A stretch of 64,000 nt of DNA, taken from NCBI RefSeq assembly GCF_009914755.1, contig NC_060926.1; one strand, 5' to 3'. The notes beneath the pieces are model-generated. The model saw only the letters and a program-made list of their open reading frames with translations, was not told the DNA's origin and ran no database searches. Below are positions 56,298-64,000 of this stretch, in pieces. Position numbers and translations under genes: made by a program. This DNA comes from the human T2T-CHM13v2.0 reference genome, Homo sapiens. The first letter of the stretch is position 1; every line of letters begins with the position of its first letter.

Positions 56298-57282
56298 GTA
56301 AGTTCTGTGGTTTGTTTTTATAGCTAACAGAGTTTCCCATTGTTGTCCAGCAAAGGGATGGAGCACTGGATGGGTGAGGATTGGCATCCAGAAGAAAGGG
56401 TGGCATGAAGGGTCCACGTATCTCTGCCCAACTTCTGGGCTGCCTCTCTGTCTCATGAGCTCATCTGCACTTGGTGGTCTCTGCAGCCAGGGTCAGAAAG
56501 TAGAGAGACAGGGGCAGCCTTGTGTGTTTCCTGAGTGCCTATTGGAGTCTGAGTTCTAGAATAGTGGGCGAGGGGCTGGGATAGGGGCTCAGCCTTGTGG
56601 ATCTGAGGGATGTTGGACAGAGATGTCTCTTCTGAATGAGTGGGAGGCGCTGCTGTGGGTTGACCCTGAGCCTGTGGTCTTCAGTCTTGGCCAAGGCTGT
56701 AGGGATCACGTGGACTTCCTCACAGGGAGGGTGGGAGATGCAGATGAGATGAGATATTTTTTTTCCTGGTTATTAGGACAGGCAGTCTCCAGCACTGGCT
56801 GTGAGGGAGGCAGAGGTGCCTTCTGTGTGATTATGATTGGGGAAGTTGAGCACTGGATTTATCTCTGCATCCTAGCCAACTAAATGGTCTGTCATTGCCA
56901 TTGTTAAACCAAAGACCTGTTTAATACCTAGAAGACTCTGTGATGAAACAGACATTCTTCTCAGGTGTGAAAAGTTAAAAGAAATCATTAGCTTTTTTTT
57001 TTTTCCTGAGGGTGGCCTCTTTAGTATTTCGAAAGGTGAAACAATCAGATTAGCAATTACATCTTTGGTGGGGGACCAGAAGTTATTGTTTATGAATGAG
57101 CCTTCCAGGCTCCACAGAAGCCTCCAGGGTGATGTGTACATGAAAAGAATGTGGGGTTCATAAGTTGAGAGACTTAGGTTTAAGTTCTGAATTTGCCACT
57201 TATTACCCAGGGACTTTGGGCAAATTGTGCATCCCTCTTAAACCTCAGTTCTTAATCTGTTACATGAAGATAATTGAGTTAA

Positions 57283-59649
57283 TGTATTAGTTCATTTTCA
57301 CACTGCTGTAATGATACTACCTGAGACTGAGTAATCCATCAACAAAAGAGGTTTAATTGAATCAATTCTGCATGGCTGGGGAGGCCTCAGGAAACTCACA
57401 ATTATGGCTGAAGGTGAAGGGGAAGCAGGCACCTTCTTCACAAGGCGGCAGGAGAGAGAGCACATGCAAGAGAAACTGCCACTTTTAAACCATCAGATCT
57501 CATGAGAACATCTCAATATCATGAGAACAGCCTGGGGGAAACTGCCCCCATGATCCAGTCACCTCCTACTGGGTCTGTTGTCCCTCAACATGTGAAGATT
57601 ACAATTTGACATGAGGATTTGGGTGGGGATGCAGAGCTAACCCATGTAATTCCACCCCAGCGTCTCCCAGATATCGTGTCCTTTCCACATTTCAAAACCA
57701 ATCATGCTCTCCAACAGCCCCCCAGAGTCTTAACTCATTCCAGCATTAACCCAAAAGTCCAAGTCCATAGTCTCATCTGAGACAAGACAAGTCCCTTCCA
57801 CCTAAGATCCTGTAAAATCACAAGCCAGTTAGTTACTTCTAAGATATACTGGGGGTACAGGCATTGAGAAAATATTCCCATTTCAAATGGGAGAACTTGG
57901 CCAAAACAAGGGGGCCAGAGGCCCCATGCCAGTCTGAAATCTGGCCAGGCAGTCATTACATCTTAAAGCTCCAAAATCACTTTTGATTCCATGTCTCAAA
58001 TCCTGGGCATGGTGATGCAAGGGGTAGGCTCTCACGGCCTTGGGCAGCTCTGCCTCTGTGGCTCTGTAGGGTACAGCCGCTGCAGCTGCTTTCATAGGCT
58101 GGCATTGAGCGCCTGCAGCTTTTTCAGGTGCCCAGTGCAAGCTGTTGGTGGATCTACCTTTCTGTGGTCTGCAGGACAGTGGCCCTCTTCTCACAGCTCC
58201 ACTAGGCAGTGCCCCAGTGGGGACTCAGTGTGGGGGCTCTAATCCCACCTTTCCCTTCCACACTGCCCATGAAGGTTCTCCATGAAGGCTCTGGCCTGCA
58301 GCAGACTTCTGCCTGGACATTCAAGCAATTCCATACATCCTCTGAAATCGAGGTGGAGGCTTCCTAAGCTTAACTCTTGCCTTATGCGCACCCACAGGCC
58401 CAATACCACGTGGAAGGTGCCAAGGCTTAGGGCTTGCACCCTCTGAAGCAATGGCCTGAGCTGTACCTTGGCCTCTTTTAGCTACAGCTGTAGCAGCTGG
58501 AACCCAGGGTGCCATGTCCCAAGGCTGCACAGAGCAGCTGAGGCCTGGGCCTGGCCCTGGCCCACAAAACCATTTTTTCCTTCTACACCTCCAGGCCTGT
58601 GATGGGAGGAGTTGCCTTGAAGATCTCTGAAATGCCCTGGAGACATTTTCCCCCATTGTCTTACTGATTAACATTCGGCTTCTTGTTATTTATGCAAATT
58701 TCTGCAGCGGGCTTGAATTTCTCCCCAGAAAATGGGTTTTTTCTTTTTTACTACATGGTCAGGCTGCAAATTTTCTAAACTTTTATCTCTGCTTTTTTTT
58801 TTAAAACATAAGTTTCAATTTCATATCGTCTCTTTGTGAATGCATGTAACTGTGTGCTTTCAGGAAAAGCCAGGTCGCATCTCGATGCTTTGCTGCTTAG
58901 AAATTTCCTCTGCCAGATACCTTAAATTATCTCTCTCAATTTCAAAGTTCCACAGATCTCTAGGGCAGGGGGAAAATGCCACCAGTCTCTTTACTAAAGC
59001 ATAGTGAGAGTGACCTTTGCTCCAGTTCCCATTAGGTTCCTCATCTCCATCTGAGACCACCTCAGCCTGAACTTCATTGTCGATACGACTGTCAGCATGT
59101 TGGTCAAAACCATTCAACAAGTCTCTAGGAAGTTCCAAACTTTCCCACATCTTCCTGTCTTACTCTGAGCCCTCCAATCTGTTCCAACTCTGCCTGTTAC
59201 CCAGTTCTAAAGTTGCTTCCACATTTCCAGGTTATCTTCATAGCAGTATGCCACTCCTGGTACCAATTTTCTGTATTAGTCTGTTTTCACACTGCTATAA
59301 AGATACTACCGGCCCACAGGTAGTAATTTATGAAGAAAAAAGATTTAATTGATTCACAGTTCCCCATGAGGCTTGGGAGGTCTCAGGAAACTTGCAATCA
59401 TGGCAGAAGGCAAAAGGGAAGCAGACACCTTCTTCACAAGGCGGCAGGAGAGAGAGAGCGCACAGGGGAAACTGCCACTTTTAAAACCATCGGATCTCGT
59501 GAGATCTCCCTTACTATCACTGGAACAGCATGGGGGAAACTGCCCCCCATGATCCAGTCGCCTCCCACCAGGTCTGTTCATGGACAGATGAACTGGGGAT
59601 TACAATTCCAGATAAGATTTGGGTGGGGACACAGAGCCAAATCTTATCA
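57283..59649 (-). mobile_element. Full-length MaLR provirus, THE1D-like (LTR-int-LTR), inserted in a MIR
   Basis: 3' LTR 57283-57649; internal region 57650-59271 (ttccacccc PPT side, ggtaccaattttc 5' side); 5' LTR 59272-59649. The degenerate internal ORF includes MWESLELPRDLLNGFDQ. Confidence 0.92.
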
Positions 59650-61229
59650 TTGACTTCACATGAGTGGCAAAATATAAAGTAGAATACAGAATAGAGATAT
59701 TGGTAAACCTTGCAGCTACTCGTAAGTGTGTTGCAATGTGCTGTGTGTCATTATTTGGTCAGAAGATGGGTGCATTAGGTACATGGGGACTTCTTTATTT
59801 TATCAATGGAGGGAGAGCGCCCATCACATTTACTTGGCTCCATGGTTGTGGAAGAGGAATTGCCCTCTTCACACCAAGGAAGGAGGCATTGCCTGATTCA
59901 CGCTAGTATTTTTTTCTTCATAGATAACTAGGCAATAAAGAAAATGACAAACTATAGCAATTATTTATATTCAAATAGATTTTGTAAACAGTTGGATGAT
60001 AAGACTGACTCCCTGATACAGCTTAACATTTTTCCTTCGGGGAAAAAACAACAAACACATAAGCCGATGTCAAGTATGTCAGAGAACGGCTGTGGGGTAA
60101 AAGGAAGAGGGACAAGGGAGAGAGTGGTGAGAGCCCTGGCCATGTCTGTAGCAATCAGACGATTGAGAAAGTGGCAACTTCATGGATCCTGGGCCAGTGT
60201 GCTTTGGAGAACATCAAACTTGGTGACATTATTATCACATTATTGTCACAGTCATCTTCCTGCTGCAGTAACATTGGGATTCTTCGGGTTTCTGTGCTTG
60301 TTTTCTAAAAAGAGGGATCTTTTAATCATTCTCACACCTTTAGTACATTGGAAAATAGCTGAGGCCCCGTGAAATGGAATGCCACAGCTTCTGCCTAGTG
60401 GCTTATGATTTGCTTGTCATTCCCAGTGAGCTCTGGCTGTACCTAAAGGTAGAAATAAGAATCTGCAGAGAGCCTAGGAAAGGCTTTTGTCCTAGAGGTG
60501 CTGCAGTTTCCAGGTCCGTGAATAACTCGTGTGTTCTTCAATGGTATTTGCTGGCCTCTCCCATGCTTGTGCTGCTGGCTGTCAGATGTTACTGCTTCCT
60601 TTGCTAAAGATACCGTCTCCCTTACCAGGAGGACATAGTGTTTGCAAGTCTCCTTCCTTGTGTGAGCTGTTTGGCATGCTTTAAGTGGTAGAAGGGGAAT
60701 TTAAAGGCTCCAGTTTTCTTTTCTATAAGAAGTCTCCTGGAAGCTGTGTGTGTGCCCTGGGCCCTCTCCCTGGCTCCACACTGTTGTCTTTCTAGAACAA
60801 TCCCTGGGGGACTGTGGATCTCTATGAGCTCAGGTTCTAAAAGGAGACAGTGCTGACTTGCCCTACAGCCTTTTTATCTGGTAGTGAGGTTTACAGTCAG
60901 CATCACGCCTCTGGCCATCGTGTAGCACTGGATGGAGCCCAAATCACTAGTCCTGTCTCTTCTTCCTTTCTGATGGCAGAGGATGCTAGAGCGCTACTTA
61001 TTCTTATGCAGATCTTAAGTGACATTTTCAGGATGCAGGTGGCTACAGTCCATTACTTTGGTCCTGACCTCTCACCCACTCTCCTGGAGGATTTCTGTCA
61101 GGAGTTTCCTGACTGTTTCTGAGCCTTGTACCGGAATCCTCCTGTGTGGGCCCCCACTGTGTCTGTCTACCTTATAGCAAAGGAGAGGCTGAGGCTCAGG
61201 GGGACTCGGTGTTCCCACAGCCATGCAAG

Positions 61230-62059
<830 letters not shown>

Positions 62060-63010
62060 CCAAGCTTCTTGAATGATTGGAAGGATGTCTCTGCCTTTTG
62101 TTGTAGCATGTGGGAATAACTATTTACTTTTAACTCATGTTTTATTCATCTTAACAGCATTGCTATACATTGGGAAAATAGGAGTGCGTAATTGTATTTA
62201 TCTTTTCCTGATGGTGCAGATCCTGAATATTCCCAGCCTTTAGGATTTAATGTGGTCCTGACATGCAAGGGTGCCTCTAGCACCCAAGGCCAGGATCATT
62301 TTCCTTTCTTTGTTATTTTAGAGCATGCATGGGGTCCACTCGTGCATCCCACTGGGTTTTGTCTCCAAAGTCTGCAGATATGTTTTGCCTCCCTCACTGG
62401 AAATGTAAAGCAGCTGTTATCACCCCATAGAGTTCATTGTATTAGTTTATTCCTCTCTTTCAGTGTTTCCCATGCTCTCTTCTGTTCACTGACCAGTTAC
62501 TAGAAAGCAAAGAGAAAATCAAAATAAACTTCACATAAGAAACACAGGACTTGGTGGAACAGGAAATCTTCTCTATGTATTTGAAATACATAATTTTCTG
62601 GGCAGGTGGTCAAATAAAGCTGTGGCCTAATACTGATAAATGAAAGGTGATTCCGCGGGACTTCCCCAGGTTTCTTTGAACAGATTTAGTGTCATTTTGC
62701 ATGTTTTAATTCATCTCCCTCCCCCCTTTTTTTTTTTTTTTTTTTTTAACAATGAGAAGATCGTTAAAGGCAGCTGCTTTAGGGAAAAAGGGCTTTGATT
62801 ATTATTATTAGACAGTGCTCCCTTGGTGGCCATTCTGCCCTGGTTGGCTTTTGTAATCCCTTCTCTAGAATAGTATTTAGAACTTCCTAGGAACCTAATT
62901 CTGGTTTGCTCAATAACTGATAATGAGTAAGTGGAAGGATTAGGGGCTTGTAAATGTTGGCATAAGGGATGGAGGAACCTCTGGCATTGGAATTGCAGGT
63001 GAGTTCTTAG

Positions 63011-63427
<417 letters not shown>

Positions 63428-64000
63428 GCATGTTTTATCTTTATCACTCTCTTACTTTGAGATTGGTTCTCCTACCTGTGTGGAAGAGGCCTCTCACTGA
63501 TGAGCAGAGTCACAGGTTTTCACGTGGGCAGAAGGAATGAAGGCTGCACAGGTTTAGAGAAAGGATGGCTTAGAGGACTCCCGGAAGCCAGCTGTCCCAG
63601 CCAGCATCCTCGGGTTACAGATGAGGCCACTGTTCCATGAAGGTACAGTGACAGCCTCAGGGTCACATGGGTCAGTCATTCCCAAAGCTTGCAATAAAAC
63701 CCGGTTTTTTTTTTTTAAAGCTTTCGGAGGCCCATTTCCACCCGATTTCCTCCTCCCTACTCTGTTACCTCCATTATGTCTTCTTCCATTAGCTCAAGGG
63801 ATTGACAAGCTCCAAACCCAGAAATTTCCCAGGCTTGTTGCTTAGCAACAAGGTTTCTGTTTGGGGACTTGAAGGAGACAGCCATTGTGCCGGGCCTGCC
63901 CCCTTGTTGAGCTGGTCAGAGGCCTGTTCCTAAGCCACCCTCAAGATCAGCAAGTACTGACCTGAAGGAACTGAAGAAACTGCAGGTGACCAAATAGACG

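Noticed and set aside
57735-59653. MaLR internal and LTR ORFs as a gag-like gene
   Set aside because: Fragmented across frames with stops; a non-autonomous fossil.

Overview
Primate, most likely human or hominoid, non-coding DNA: AluY-, L1PA3- and THE1-type insertions are present. I find no credible protein-coding exon, tRNA, rRNA or CRISPR array. The ORFs I can recognise are Alu, L1 or MaLR translations; the rest look like chance frames. A large part of the window is interspersed repeat: 9 Alus, old L1M/L2/MIR fossils, MaLR and ERV LTRs, one full THE1D-like provirus, and MER33, MER58A and Tigger4b DNA transposons. Most L1 and LTR fossils are antisense to the + strand, which suggests a long intron of a + strand transcript that I cannot name. 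Three splice-signal-bounded candidate non-coding exons lie on that strand. The structurally interesting items are: (i) a nested Alu+THE1 compound inverted repeat bracketing a candidate MER58A-derived exon; (ii) an L1PA3 with a twin-priming 5' inversion; (iii) three local tandem amplifications (63, 52 and ~100 bp units), two born inside L2 fossils; (iv) a templated inverted micro-insertion; (v) several motif clusters and hairpins. I see no support for a new, self-contained biological system. Repeat subfamily calls come from recalled consensus features, not from an alignment, and edges of old repeats are approximate.
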